DNA from: Polyangiales bacterium | GTDB taxonomy: Bacteria > Myxococcota_A > Polyangia > Polyangiales > Houyiibacteriaceae | Reading direction: 5' to 3' | DNA: 64,000 bases | Assembly (NCBI GenBank): GCA_965227405.1 | Contig: OZ245758.1 | Location: forward strand, 2,932,338 to 2,996,337 | Shown: piece by piece, positions 9,179-18,955 of the stretch | How the letters are laid out: each line of letters opens with the position of its first letter | How positions within the stretch are numbered: position 1 is the stretch's first letter | Program-made: the position numbers and the translations under genes | The notes under the pieces: model-generated | What the model was told of the DNA's origin: nothing | Database searches by the model: none | The model's input: only the letters and a program-made list of their open reading frames with translations

Positions 9179-10002
9179 TGCGTTGGGGTTGGTTGGTGGT
9201 GGTGCTCACTTTGGTGGGAACCGAGGTGGCGAACGCGGATGCGATCGACGAGGCCGTGGAGCATCTGCAGATCGGGGAGCTCGACGAAGCGACGGCGAAG
9301 CTCAACTCCGTCGATGTGCAAGATCGCGAAACGATGGTGCGCCTATACGCCGCGCGCGCACGTCTAGCCCACGTCTCACGCGACATGGACGCGGTGAGGG
9401 CTGCACTGCGCGTTCTGGACGCATTGGATCCGAACTATCAGTTCGACCAAACGGTCCCGCGCGAACTCACGCAACTGCTGCAGGAACTCGACACTCCTCG
9501 GCTTTCGGTGTCCGTGGAAACGCGCGAGGTTGAAACCGGACTGAGCCTGCAGGTTCGAGTGGATGATTCGGTGAGTGCGAGTACTGGGACGCGACTCTTT
9601 GTGCGAGTGGGCGCCGATGTGTTGGAGACCGACGAACGATCGTTTGCGGTGCCGCTTGGTCCCGGACAACGAGTCGAGGTGTGGGCAGAACTCCGTGCGA
9701 ACAACGCAGTGTTGGAACGGTGGGGCAGTGCGGATGCACCGAACCCGATCGTTCGCGCGGGTTCGGTCAACGAAGTCGCTGAAGCGGCGCAACCCGCGCA
9801 GACGACAGAGACGGTCGGTCAGGCGCAAGCCGAGACTGCTGTGACGACTACGCCAAACGACAACACACGGCGTCGCAGGATCATCATCGGTGCGGCGATC
9901 GCGGGCATTGTCGCGTTGGCCGTGGGTGGAACGGTGGGAGGAATCGTGTTCGCGAAGAACAACCGCGACGCACGGCTCGGCCAGCCAATGTTGATAGACT
10001 GA
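9178..10002 (+). CDS. signal peptide / TPR-like / C-terminal TM protein (274 aa)
   Basis: The ATG overlaps the activator stop in TGATG. Has an N-terminal signal sequence, an alpha-helical TPR-like region and a C-terminal RRRRIIIGAAIAGIVALAVGG helix. Its architecture resembles 19821..20516 and 29919..30572. Confidence 0.5.
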   Translation: MRWGWLVVVLTLVGTEVANADAIDEAVEHLQIGELDEATAKLNSVDVQDRETMVRLYAARARLAHVSRDMDAVRAALRVLDALDPNYQFDQTVPRELTQLLQELDTPRLSVSVETREVETGLSLQVRVDDSVSASTGTRLFVRVGADVLETDERSFAVPLGPGQRVEVWAELRANNAVLERWGSADAPNPIVRAGSVNEVAEAAQPAQTTETVGQAQAETAVTTTPNDNTRRRRIIIGAAIAGIVALAVGGTVGGIVFAKNNRDARLGQPMLID

Positions 10003-10005
10003 GCC

Positions 10006-11499
10006 GTGCTGCCCGAACGCATCGGCCGCTATGAGATCTGCGCCGAGGTTGCCTCGGGAGGCATGGCGACGGTCTACCTGGCTCGTCTCGTCGGTCCGGC
10101 AGGGTTCGACAAACTCGTTGCGCTCAAATGCGTGCACGCGCATCTCGCGAAGGATCGCCAGTTCATCGAGATGTTCTTGGACGAGGCACGCTTGGTGTCG
10201 CGCATTCGACACCCGCGGGTGTGCAGCGTCTTCGACGTCGGCTTTGTCGACGGCCAGTACTACCTCGCGATGGACTTCCTGGAGGGCGTGTCTGTTGCGC
10301 AACTCTGCCAGCGCCTCACCGAAGGAGGACTTCCGGTTGCGCAGCGTTGTTTGCTCGCGTCGCGACTGACCGCGCAGGCCTCCGAAGGACTGCACGCTGC
10401 GCACGAATTGCTCGACGAGACTTCGCAGCCACTGCAGGTCGTGCACCGCGACGTGTCACCCCAAAACCTCTTCGTGACCTGGGATGGAAACCTTCAGGTC
10501 GTGGACTTTGGTGTGGCGCATGCGACTGGCCGCATGCATCAGACCTTGTCGAGTGCCCTCAAAGGCAAGCTCGCGTACATGAGCCCCGAGCAGCTCAACG
10601 ACGAGCACGTCGATCGTCGCACCGATGTGTGGGCGCTGGGTGTCGTGCTCTGGGAGACGCTGACGCTGCGGCGCTTGTTTCGAAAGCGCACCGAGCCGGG
10701 AACGATGCATGCTGTTCTCGAAGGTCCGATTCCGGCGCCTTCGAGTGTCTCCCCAGGCGTGCCGCCCGAACTGGACCGCGTAGTGTTGCGGGCGCTCGAG
10801 CGCGACGTCGACAAGCGTTACCCCACCGCGCGTGCACTCGCGAAAGATCTCAACCGCTTTGCCAGTTCATGGGGCGTACCCATGGGCGAGAGTGAGATCG
10901 CTGAACTGCTCGAAGAGTTGATGCCGATCGAGCGGCAGCACAGCCAGCAACTGGTGTCGGGTGTGCGCGACCGACCACGTGCCGATCTCACACCAGCGAG
11001 TCCGACGTTACCCGGCAAGCCGCGTTCGCCGGTGTTGATCGCGTTGCTTACCGGCATGCTCGGAGCCGGGTTGGTGTTCGGGGTGTGGATGCTGCAGTCC
11101 GGCAATGAAGCGTCCGAGCAGCCTGTGGCGACGTCATCTCCACCGACTGTCGACGCGGACTTGGATGCGAGTGCGTCGACTGCTGTCATCGATGCGTCGC
11201 CTGTAGATGAGGTCGATGCTGAGGCCGAAACTGAATCCGAACCCGAGACGCTCGAGACAACGGAGATGATGGTGGCCGCGATGCGTGGGCCACAACGAAT
11301 CGGCGAGCTCAGCGTGTTCACGCCAAACCGACCGCCTCTACACGTGAGGATTCGTGGACGTGACTACGGCGAAACTCCGGTCACCATGATTCGGCTTCGG
11401 GTCGGACGTCATCGTGTCGAGCTACTCGAAAATGGGCGCGTGGTGGAGAGACGCCAAGTCGACGTCACCTTGAGAGGCTCGCGTCTGATCGTTCGCTAA
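10006..11499 (+). CDS. Ser/Thr protein kinase with TM segment and C-terminal PEGA-like domain
   Basis: Kinase motifs GGMATVY, ALKCV, HRDVSPQNLFV, DFGVA and SPEQ. A TM helix (VLIALLTGMLGAGLVFGVWML). A C-terminal beta-rich RIRGRDYGETPVTMIRLRVGRHRVELLENG segment typical of PEGA domains. Confidence 0.85.
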   Translation: MLPERIGRYEICAEVASGGMATVYLARLVGPAGFDKLVALKCVHAHLAKDRQFIEMFLDEARLVSRIRHPRVCSVFDVGFVDGQYYLAMDFLEGVSVAQLCQRLTEGGLPVAQRCLLASRLTAQASEGLHAAHELLDETSQPLQVVHRDVSPQNLFVTWDGNLQVVDFGVAHATGRMHQTLSSALKGKLAYMSPEQLNDEHVDRRTDVWALGVVLWETLTLRRLFRKRTEPGTMHAVLEGPIPAPSSVSPGVPPELDRVVLRALERDVDKRYPTARALAKDLNRFASSWGVPMGESEIAELLEELMPIERQHSQQLVSGVRDRPRADLTPASPTLPGKPRSPVLIALLTGMLGAGLVFGVWMLQSGNEASEQPVATSSPPTVDADLDASASTAVIDASPVDEVDAEAETESEPETLETTEMMVAAMRGPQRIGELSVFTPNRPPLHVRIRGRDYGETPVTMIRLRVGRHRVELLENGRVVERRQVDVTLRGSRLIVR

Positions 11500-12266
11500 C
11501 GCATCGGGAGCTGCAGCATCGGAGTGATCTTCAGCTGACGGTTGATCGGCGAATGCTGCGTGCGTTGGAGCGTGCGCTGAACAGCGGGGCTCAACTGGAT
11601 CACGGGTGCCATATCTGGATGTGCACCGGGCTCGGGTGCATCGGTGGCCGCGATCTCGGTGCGCGCAGCTGCATCGCCCGCCGAACCGATGGGTACGGAG
11701 GTGTTGCCACGCTCATCGACCGCAAACACCTGAATCGCATCTGCGCCGCCCTCGAGCTCGATGGTGGTTGCATCGCTGATCTGCCCCGCGGGTTCGCCGT
11801 TGCGTTGAATTTCGTACCGCGCCACACCGACGTTGTCCGTCGCTTCAGGCCAACGAATGGTCACACGCGTTGCATCTTCGTTGGGTACCGCGATGACCTG
11901 GGCGCCGGCTTCAAAGCTCGGCGGGGTTCCATCCAACGTGGTGGCTTCTGCGTGAAGCGGCTCGCTCGGATTACCGGTCGCATCCTTGGCGATGATCGTG
12001 AACGAGTACGTTGTTGCGTCGGCAAGCCCTGCAACTTGGTGCTCGCGAACATCGGCACCCAATTCCGCGAGCGTGTCGCCGTCTTGTTCGATGAGGAAAC
12101 CCTCAAGCGCTTCGTTGTCACTCGCATCGCCCCACGAAAGCGTCAGCGAACTGGTTTCGACTGCACTGGTTTCGAGTTGGGCTTCGCCACTCCACGTCGG
12201 CGGTTCGGAGTCGGCACAGGCGAACAGAAGACTAAGGGCGAGCGCTTTGTCCATGCGCCGCAGCAT
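11496..12266 (-). CDS. lipoprotein with two fibronectin type III-like domains
   Basis: The real start is at MLRRMDKALALSLLFACADSE, a lipobox. The upstream 190 codons of the ORF are Arg-rich antisense of neighbouring genes. It has two Fn3-like modules (LTLSWGD...YSFTIIAKD and VTIRWPE...YEIQRNG). Confidence 0.6.
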   Translation of the reverse strand: MLRRMDKALALSLLFACADSEPPTWSGEAQLETSAVETSSLTLSWGDASDNEALEGFLIEQDGDTLAELGADVREHQVAGLADATTYSFTIIAKDATGNPSEPLHAEATTLDGTPPSFEAGAQVIAVPNEDATRVTIRWPEATDNVGVARYEIQRNGEPAGQISDATTIELEGGADAIQVFAVDERGNTSVPIGSAGDAAARTEIAATDAPEPGAHPDMAPVIQLSPAVQRTLQRTQHSPINRQLKITPMLQLPMR

Positions 12267-12286
12267 TGGCGACGGAGGAGCGATCA

Positions 12287-13075
12287 TCAAGTCGAGCGGG
12301 CTTTGCGGAGTACCTCCAATGCGGCGTCGTGCAGAACGCCGTTGGTAGCGACCAAACGACCCCTTCGTGGATCGGCAGGTTGTCCTTCGTAGTCGCTGAG
12401 TTGTCCGCCCGCTTCCTCGATGATCAATGCGCCTGCACACATGTCCCACGGGTTGAGTCGTTGCTCCCAGTAGATGTCGTAGGTGCCTTCTGCCACCAGA
12501 CAAAGATCGATCGCAGCTGAGCCGCATCGCCGAATCCCCCGCGTGCAGTTTAGAAATGCGGCGTGTTCGCGCAGGTTGTTGTCTGGGTTGGTCCACCGGT
12601 CGTAGGGAAAGCCTGTTGCACAGAGCGCATCGACCAACGCATTGCGTGTGCTGACCCGACACGGTTCGCCGTTGCGACGTGCGCCGTGTCCGCGTGCGGC
12701 TTCCCACGTCACGTCGAGAGCCGGTGCGATGACGATGCCGACTTGGCCCATGCCCTGCGCCCACAACGCCATCGACACGCAGAAGAAGGGATGGCCATGT
12801 GCGAAGTTCGTCGTGCCGTCGATCGGATCGACGTACCAAATTGGTCGCTCGCCGCTGGTTTGGTCTTCGCCTTCTTCGCCGACGATTTCGTGATCGGGAA
12901 ACGCTGCAGCCAGGCCTTCACGAATGCTCTTCTCGGCTGCCAAGTCGTACTTGGTCAGCAAGTCGATCGTGCCCTTCTTCTTGATCTCAGGATCGGCGCG
13001 GTATCCGCTTAGCGCGATCGCGGCGGCGTCTTGGGCCACCTTTCGCGCGGTGCTCAGAATCTCAGGAGTGTTCAC
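12287..13075 (-). CDS. inositol monophosphatase family protein
   Basis: Carries the motifs WYVDPIDGTTNF and WDMCAGALIIEEAGG, the IMPase metal-binding signatures. Confidence 0.8.
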   Translation of the reverse strand: MNTPEILSTARKVAQDAAAIALSGYRADPEIKKKGTIDLLTKYDLAAEKSIREGLAAAFPDHEIVGEEGEDQTSGERPIWYVDPIDGTTNFAHGHPFFCVSMALWAQGMGQVGIVIAPALDVTWEAARGHGARRNGEPCRVSTRNALVDALCATGFPYDRWTNPDNNLREHAAFLNCTRGIRRCGSAAIDLCLVAEGTYDIYWEQRLNPWDMCAGALIIEEAGGQLSDYEGQPADPRRGRLVATNGVLHDAALEVLRKARST

Positions 13076-13080
13076 GACGT

Positions 13081-14511
13081 TTATGAGGCGCGTAACGAAC
13101 GCTTGGTCAGTTCGACGATGATGCGGTCGTAGATATCACCGAAGTGACCGTTGCTCATCAACACCAACGCGTCGTTTGGGCGTGCAGCGTCGAGGATTCG
13201 CTGCACAACCTCATCGATCGAAGCGCACGCGTGGGCATCACGTCCGGTGTTGCGAATCGACTCAGCAATCGCGGCGGTATCCAAGCGTTCGTCGTCGCCG
13301 ATCTCCGGACGACCCACAGGTGCAAGAAGCGACACCGCAGCGGAGCGAAACGCGTCGGGATATTCCGCTTGGTGCAAACGTCGTGACGCTGTGGCGCTCC
13401 GTGGTTCGAACGCAGCGATCACGCGACCTTCGGGATGCCGCGCGGCAATACCCGCGAGTGTTTCGCGGACAGCCGTGGGGTGATGCGCAAAATCCTCGTA
13501 CACATGCACACCGTCAGCGACCGCGAGCAGTTCCTGACGTCGTCGGACTCCTGAAAAGGTTCCGATCGCGTTCATGGCAGTCGCAACGTCTGCATCGCCG
13601 CCTTCGGACGCCAGAGCAATCGCGGCGATGGCGTTTCGCGCGTTGTGCGCTCCGCTCATCGGGCTGGTCACACGACCTAGGAACGTGCCACCGCCGTACA
13701 AGTCGAAGGGTGTTGTGCGTGGGCCACCTTTGGCGAGTGCACCCATCCAGATCGGGCTGACCGATCCCGTGTCGTCGCTTTCCAACGCGTAGAACCGCAC
13801 GCGACATTTTGCTTCTTGAGCCAGTTCGCGAACGCGTGGGTCGCCGGCAAACGCCATCAGGATCCCGTCGTCGGGAATACGCGCGACCAACCCGCGGAAC
13901 GCGTCGAGGTACGAGTTCTCGTCCGGGTAGATGTCGATGTGGTCGTGCTCGATCGAAGTCAACACCACACCCCAGGGGTTGTAGCGCCAGAACTTGGGCT
14001 TCTTTTCAAAGAAGGCGGAGTCGTATTCGTCACCTTCCAAGACAAACGGGCTTTGCTCACCACCCAATCGGAACGACACGTCGAAGTTGCGAGGAATCCC
14101 ACCGACGAACATTCCGGGATCGAGACCGGCTTCGCGCATCACGTGTGCGAGCAAACTTGTTGTCGTGGTTTTGCCGTGCGTGCCTGCCACGACGAAGCCT
14201 TTGCGCTCCTTCAGAAAGAGCTCCTCCATGGTTTGGGGTAGCGACGCGTAGCGCATGCCCTGGTCGATCGCGGCACGGGCTTCCGGGTTGTCGCGTCGAC
14301 ACACGTTGCCGACAACCACAAGGTCGGGTGCCGGGTCGAGATTCGCTGCATCCCAGCCAGGCATGGTTTCGATGCCCCATGCTTTGAGTGCGGGCCCCAT
14401 CGGTGGATGAAACGCGCGGTCGCTTCCGGTCACGCGGTGTCCTGCGTTGGCGAGCAAACCTGCGAGTGCGCCCATGCCGGTGCCGCAGACGCCGATCAGA
14501 TGAACGTGCAC
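13081..14511 (-). CDS. mpl: UDP-N-acetylmuramate:L-alanyl-gamma-D-glutamyl-meso-diaminopimelate ligase (murein peptide ligase)
   Basis: N-terminus MHVHLIGVCGTGMGALAGLL, then GTHGKTTTT and NFDVSFRLGG, align with the Mpl/MurC Mur-ligase pattern. Length (476 aa) and the N-terminal motif favour Mpl. Confidence 0.75.
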   Translation of the reverse strand: MHVHLIGVCGTGMGALAGLLANAGHRVTGSDRAFHPPMGPALKAWGIETMPGWDAANLDPAPDLVVVGNVCRRDNPEARAAIDQGMRYASLPQTMEELFLKERKGFVVAGTHGKTTTTSLLAHVMREAGLDPGMFVGGIPRNFDVSFRLGGEQSPFVLEGDEYDSAFFEKKPKFWRYNPWGVVLTSIEHDHIDIYPDENSYLDAFRGLVARIPDDGILMAFAGDPRVRELAQEAKCRVRFYALESDDTGSVSPIWMGALAKGGPRTTPFDLYGGGTFLGRVTSPMSGAHNARNAIAAIALASEGGDADVATAMNAIGTFSGVRRRQELLAVADGVHVYEDFAHHPTAVRETLAGIAARHPEGRVIAAFEPRSATASRRLHQAEYPDAFRSAAVSLLAPVGRPEIGDDERLDTAAIAESIRNTGRDAHACASIDEVVQRILDAARPNDALVLMSNGHFGDIYDRIIVELTKRSLRAS

Positions 14512-14530
14512 GACGAACCTCCTTCGGGCT

Positions 14531-14950
14531 TCAACCGATGATCTTTTCGATCGTGTCTTCGGCGCGCGCTTGCACGATCGACTCGAGGATCTGACGAACC
14601 TTCGGGTGTTTGTCCAACACGCGCATCACGCGGTGCTTCGCAAACGCAACGGCGTCGACATCGCCAATCGCTGTGACTGTCGCCGTTCGGTTCTGTTCCG
14701 TGAGCACCGCGACTTCGCCGACGCACGCGTCCCGTCCCAGCTCAGCGAGTTGGACCTTGCCACCCGGTGTTTCCGTTTCGACGCGAACCTTGCCGCGCAT
14801 GATCAGGTACATCGTGTCGCCGGGATCGCCCTGCTTCATGACGATGTCGCCGTCGCCGTAGCTCATCACGTAGCCCGACTCGAGTACTTCACCGCGCGCC
14901 TCAGGGCTGAGCGACTTGAAGAGGTGGCTCTTTTCGATGATGTCGGCCAT
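14531..14950 (-). CDS. cyclic nucleotide-binding domain protein (140 aa)
   Basis: A cNMP-binding beta-roll with GDGDIVMKQGDPGDTMYLIMRGKVRV and the GE...AVL phosphate-binding cassette. I chose the internal start MADIIEKSHLFK. Confidence 0.7.
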   Translation of the reverse strand: MADIIEKSHLFKSLSPEARGEVLESGYVMSYGDGDIVMKQGDPGDTMYLIMRGKVRVETETPGGKVQLAELGRDACVGEVAVLTEQNRTATVTAIGDVDAVAFAKHRVMRVLDKHPKVRQILESIVQARAEDTIEKIIG

Positions 14951-15378
14951 CTCTTCCACCAACCCGGCTTGCTCGTCCGGTCGGAGCGAGCGTCCCCCAG
15001 GCGGGATGATGGAGGGGCGTGTCACTTGAACACCGTACAGCCAAGCAATTGAAGTGGGCAATCTTTGGGCGAAATCCGGCGATCTACGCCGATCTTGGCC
15101 GATCCCATGACATTTGTGCACAGTTGGTACACAGCTGTTGACAACTCCGTGAGGGCACCCATCATGGTTATGTGAGTGAGAAGCCTCAAAAGAGTCGCGA
15201 AAAGTCACTCACCGACAAGGTTCGCGACTCTGTCCGAGAGGCTCTCGAAGCGTTGAGCGAGTTGCTTGCTCCGCCTCCGCAGCTGGTTCCCGTGCGCAAT
15301 CCGCGTCGTCGACCAGTGCCTCGCCGTCGTCGTCGTTAATCTTTTGCGACACATAGACATGCCCACCGTCGTTCCGGC

Positions 15379-16128
15379 ATGAAATGGCCGCACGAGTTAG
15401 CAGTCTTCGATGAGTATCCCGTTGCGAAGCTTGTCTTGGGATGGGCTGTAAGTGCCACGCAAGTGCTTGAAAGTTGGGATGCGATCAACGTCGTCATCAA
15501 GGCCCGCACCGCCGATCTGGTGTGTCGTGAGTGCGACGAACTCTTGATTGCGCAGGTTGAGTGGTTGGCGTCGCAGGGGCGCGACTCCGCCATCGACGCG
15601 TGCATTGAATGTGACACTCCCTTCGATCTAGAAGTCGAAAGAACTCAACGCGGAGCCACACCCAAAGCGTCTCTCGCCGCACTTGCACTCCGCCTGGATG
15701 CCGTTGTTGGCTACGGCATGCCGCTTGCGCCGTTTGACTCCGTCGTAGCGTTTGGCGTTGACGTCGTTTACCACACGCCGGTTCGAAGAGAGGGCGGGCG
15801 AGTCTCGCACTTTCGTGAGTTGGCTGCGTTGGTGAAGAGTGTGTTGCCTGTTGGCCCCTTCGACACGAGCGTGACGCCAAGGCTGTTCCTGATCAGCCAG
15901 GGTTCCTTGGGGGAGAGTTTCCTCATCGCGGGTGAGCAAGTGGACGAAGAACCTGAGAGCGGGTTTGCTCGTCGAGCGAGTGATGGTTCGCAAAAGTGGT
16001 CCGGGCCGATCTACGCAGGTGAGCGGATTTTGCGCGCGGATTCGGCGCAATCGCCGATCCAGAGCATTGGATTGGACGAACTGACAACGGAAGCGCCCAT
16101 CCATCTCTTCTCATCCCATGTGAATTAG
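15379..16128 (+). CDS. hypothetical protein (249 aa)
   Basis: Its composition is more protein-like than the overlapping minus-strand frames. No recognisable domain. Confidence 0.35.
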   Translation: MKWPHELAVFDEYPVAKLVLGWAVSATQVLESWDAINVVIKARTADLVCRECDELLIAQVEWLASQGRDSAIDACIECDTPFDLEVERTQRGATPKASLAALALRLDAVVGYGMPLAPFDSVVAFGVDVVYHTPVRREGGRVSHFRELAALVKSVLPVGPFDTSVTPRLFLISQGSLGESFLIAGEQVDEEPESGFARRASDGSQKWSGPIYAGERILRADSAQSPIQSIGLDELTTEAPIHLFSSHVN

Positions 16129-16208
16129 CGACGGCTCGTTCCACGTAGCGTTGAGCGACCACACGCGACACGTCGCGCCTGCTGACTTCAACGGTCAGGC
16201 TCTTGTGC

Positions 16209-17471
16209 ATGAAGTGGCTTGTCTTGGCGACGCTCGTGCTCGTCGCGTGTGGGGATGACGATGCAACGATGGATGCCGGGACGGACTCCGGGATGCCCGA
16301 CACTGCAATGCCGGACACATCGATGCCGGACACCGCGATGCCGGATGTTCCGACGGATGCAGGTCCCGTTGCCTGTGATGTTCTGAGCGAGACCGTTCCG
16401 TTCTTGTTGGCGCCTGGCTTGCGACAAACACAACTGCACCCTGCGGCGGCGTTCGATGGCGAACGCATGTGGGTCAGCCTGACGGTTGACGAAGAAGAAG
16501 GCAGCGCGTTCGACATCGTTCTCTTGTCGTTGGACTGCGGTGGCAACGTGATCGGGGATCCGATCGCGGTGACGCAAGCCGTAGAGCCGAACGATATCGA
16601 CGGAGCCATTGCGTTGGGATCAGAGTCGCTCGTGCTTGCGTGGCAGCGCGACGAAGGCACCGGGACCATCACGACGTGGACGCGCACGTTCGAGCTCGAC
16701 GGAACCGCGCGCGACGACGAGCAGATGTACGCGAGCATGCGCGAAGGTGAAGTGCTCGACACGACCGTGTGGTTTCCGGAGCTCCAAGCACGAGATGGCG
16801 GGTTTTGGTTGAGCGGTTTGCGCGGGATCGAAGGCGTCGGCTTTCAGTTCTACGCGCAGCAGTTGGATCACGATGGTGCGGCGTTCGCCGGTGATGCGCT
16901 TGAGCCTGCGCCGAGCATGGCGGACCAAACGGGCGGTTCGCTGCTTGCTGTGGGGTCGGAACTGCACTTCACCTGGAGCGAGACCATCGACGACAACGAC
17001 CAGGCTGTGTACTTGGCACCTGGCGAAACCGACCCTGTGTTGTTGCAGGAAGGATTTGTTGCGAGCAACGCAGGACGACTGGTTGCGCATGGCGATTCGA
17101 TCGTAGCCGGGGTGCGTGTCGGGACTGCGAACGGGACTGCGCGACTGATGCAGGTGGGTTCGGTAGACAGCACCGACATCGCGACAGGTTCCGTGGGTGT
17201 ACCGTACGTGGAAGCCGGTGAGGGCGATCGCGGAGCCGTGTTGTGGACCGACGACCAGAGTGGATTCACTGCGGACGCGCTGTGGGTGGCCGCGTACACC
17301 GCCGGTGATCCACCCACGTTGGATACGCCGCGCGAGATCAATACGTTGGGAAGCGTGGGACTCCCGTACGCACCATCGGTGACGCACTTGAGCGGTGCGT
17401 TCTACCTAGTGACCTGGACCGAGCGAGAAGGCGAAGTCTGGCAAAGCTGGGGCCAAATCATCGAGCTGTAG
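16209..17471 (+). CDS. lipoprotein with N-terminal MPDT repeats
   Basis: Lipobox MKWLVLATLVLVACGDDD followed by AMPDTSMPDTAMPD tandem pentapeptide repeats, then a beta-rich domain of about 350 aa. Confidence 0.6.
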   Translation: MKWLVLATLVLVACGDDDATMDAGTDSGMPDTAMPDTSMPDTAMPDVPTDAGPVACDVLSETVPFLLAPGLRQTQLHPAAAFDGERMWVSLTVDEEEGSAFDIVLLSLDCGGNVIGDPIAVTQAVEPNDIDGAIALGSESLVLAWQRDEGTGTITTWTRTFELDGTARDDEQMYASMREGEVLDTTVWFPELQARDGGFWLSGLRGIEGVGFQFYAQQLDHDGAAFAGDALEPAPSMADQTGGSLLAVGSELHFTWSETIDDNDQAVYLAPGETDPVLLQEGFVASNAGRLVAHGDSIVAGVRVGTANGTARLMQVGSVDSTDIATGSVGVPYVEAGEGDRGAVLWTDDQSGFTADALWVAAYTAGDPPTLDTPREINTLGSVGLPYAPSVTHLSGAFYLVTWTEREGEVWQSWGQIIEL

Positions 17472-17485
17472 CGTTCCGTTCGCGT

Positions 17486-18208
17486 ATGAAGCTTTGGCTC
17501 GGACGATGTTTGTGCGGTGACGTTTCGTTCGAAGCGAACGGCAACGCGCACGAAGTCACGCACTGCTATTGCAGCATGTGTCGGCGTCATGGAGGCGCGG
17601 GCTCACAGACGTTTGTCCGGTTCGCAACGTCGACTCTTCGATGGACCGGAACGAGCCCGCAGGTGTTTCGTTCCTCGCCAGGAGCACAGCGCGGTTTCTG
17701 CGGGCGATGCGGAAGTCCTTTGTTTCTCGACTATGACGATCAAGTCGGTTCGGTTTGGGTGACCGCAGGGGTTCTGGACGCCGCCGATGATCTCAAGCCA
17801 AACCTGCACTGGTGTCCGTCGGACAAACTCCGTTGGGTCCCGCTCGATACAAAGGTTCCAAGTGCGGACCCACTGCCCGTCGCTTCCGTCAATGCAGAGC
17901 TGTACGAGGATGAGGGAGTCCGTTCGATCAACTTGAAGATCGGTACTGCGAGTTTCGAGATCAACGTGTTGATTCCGCCGTCGCAAGTCGCGCAGTTCGC
18001 AAAGGTGCGCGAGACGCGGTGGGAAGATGGATCGCTCCAGATCGGTACGTTGCTTGGCCTGCCGGTGCACTGGAGCAACGACAACGAGAGCGTGTCGGTT
18101 CTCGCAGGCCACGACGATCAGACCTGGGAGTTCGGAACGACGTTGCGACTCGAAGTGCTGGATCAGATCGCGTCGGCACTCGACACGCTAGCTCTGGGCA
18201 CTCGCTGA
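17486..18208 (+). CDS. GFA (glutathione-dependent formaldehyde-activating, CENP-V-like) family protein with C-terminal extension
   Basis: The zinc-binding Cys pattern CLCGDVSF...HCYCSMCRRHGGAG...FCGRCGSPLF is typical of the GFA/CENP-V domain. Confidence 0.6.
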   Translation: MKLWLGRCLCGDVSFEANGNAHEVTHCYCSMCRRHGGAGSQTFVRFATSTLRWTGTSPQVFRSSPGAQRGFCGRCGSPLFLDYDDQVGSVWVTAGVLDAADDLKPNLHWCPSDKLRWVPLDTKVPSADPLPVASVNAELYEDEGVRSINLKIGTASFEINVLIPPSQVAQFAKVRETRWEDGSLQIGTLLGLPVHWSNDNESVSVLAGHDDQTWEFGTTLRLEVLDQIASALDTLALGTR

Positions 18209-18262
18209 TCTGCAGTCTCAGCACGCTTGCGTCGCGGTGAACAACCTTGGTACGAGCGCACT

Positions 18263-18745
18263 ATGCGTTGGCTGGTGACTTTCGTTCTGTTGACGAGCTG
18301 TGTGCGGCAGCAGGCCAAGGACTCGATCTCGCTACGGCATGCTGCGGAGTACGGATGCACTGTGGGCGAAGTCGACCTCGTGGAAATCGATGGCCGACAT
18401 ACCTGGGCAGCAATGGGATGTGGGCAACGAGCGATTTACGTGTGTCAGCAGGACACCTGCTTGCGTAACAGCGAGCCCGAACCGATCGCGACCACGGCCG
18501 AACGACGCGCCGATGTTGTCGCAGAGTTGTCCGACCAAGCTGGTTCGCAGATGGTGGAGTGCTTGCGCGGTGCCGATCCCACCACGTTCATGTTGATCGT
18601 TGGAACGTCAGGACGAATTGAGGACTACACCGTCTCACCCGCAATTAGCCAACAGCAAGACACTTGTGTCCGCAGCCTGATGCAAAATGTGATGGTCGAT
18701 GAAGGAGTGAGCACGCGCGCGGAGTACGTTGTCGATCCTCGGTAG
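18263..18745 (+). CDS. putative lipoprotein (160 aa)
   Basis: MRWLVTFVLLTSC lipobox at the internal ATG. Eight Cys in the mature part. Confidence 0.5.
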   Translation: MRWLVTFVLLTSCVRQQAKDSISLRHAAEYGCTVGEVDLVEIDGRHTWAAMGCGQRAIYVCQQDTCLRNSEPEPIATTAERRADVVAELSDQAGSQMVECLRGADPTTFMLIVGTSGRIEDYTVSPAISQQQDTCVRSLMQNVMVDEGVSTRAEYVVDPR

Positions 18746-18955
18746 CGCTTGAAACTCAGCTCGACCCGTGTGCACGAAGCTGTTTGCCTCGCCGAACAAG
18801 AGATGCGCATTGCGAAACATAAACTGAATCGAAAATGAGTTCACTCGCTGTTGCGTAGGAGACCGGAAGGAAATGTCTCTGCAGGCTCCGAGCCTCCACG
18901 TCTCCCACTAAAATTCAGATCCAGCTCTGCCGGGTCCGCGAAGATGGTTCTGGGA

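Noticed and set aside
11553-12392. 279-aa plus-strand ORF
   Set aside because: Overlaps the Fn3 lipoprotein and the IMPase gene on the opposite strand. Composition not protein-like.
16129-16208. Inverted repeat CGCGAC-AC-GTCGCG upstream of the MPDT lipoprotein gene
   Set aside because: Short (6-bp arms) and made of CG-rich hexamers that are frequent in this genome. Not distinguishable from chance.
16407-16423. Sigma-54-like -24/-12 element TTGGCGCCTGGCTTGCG
   Set aside because: Matches TGGCAC-N5-TTGC with two mismatches, but it lies inside the coding region of the MPDT-repeat lipoprotein, 200 bp after its start. Most likely a chance match in GC-rich DNA. No convincing sigma-54 promoter was found upstream of any gene in the window.
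18746-18955. Relatively AT-rich convergent intergenic region with partial hairpins (GGAGAC..GTCTCT, GGCTC.GAGCC)
   Set aside because: Possible terminators for the two convergent genes, but the stems are imperfect and lack clear U-tracts. Not enough to call an ncRNA or terminator.
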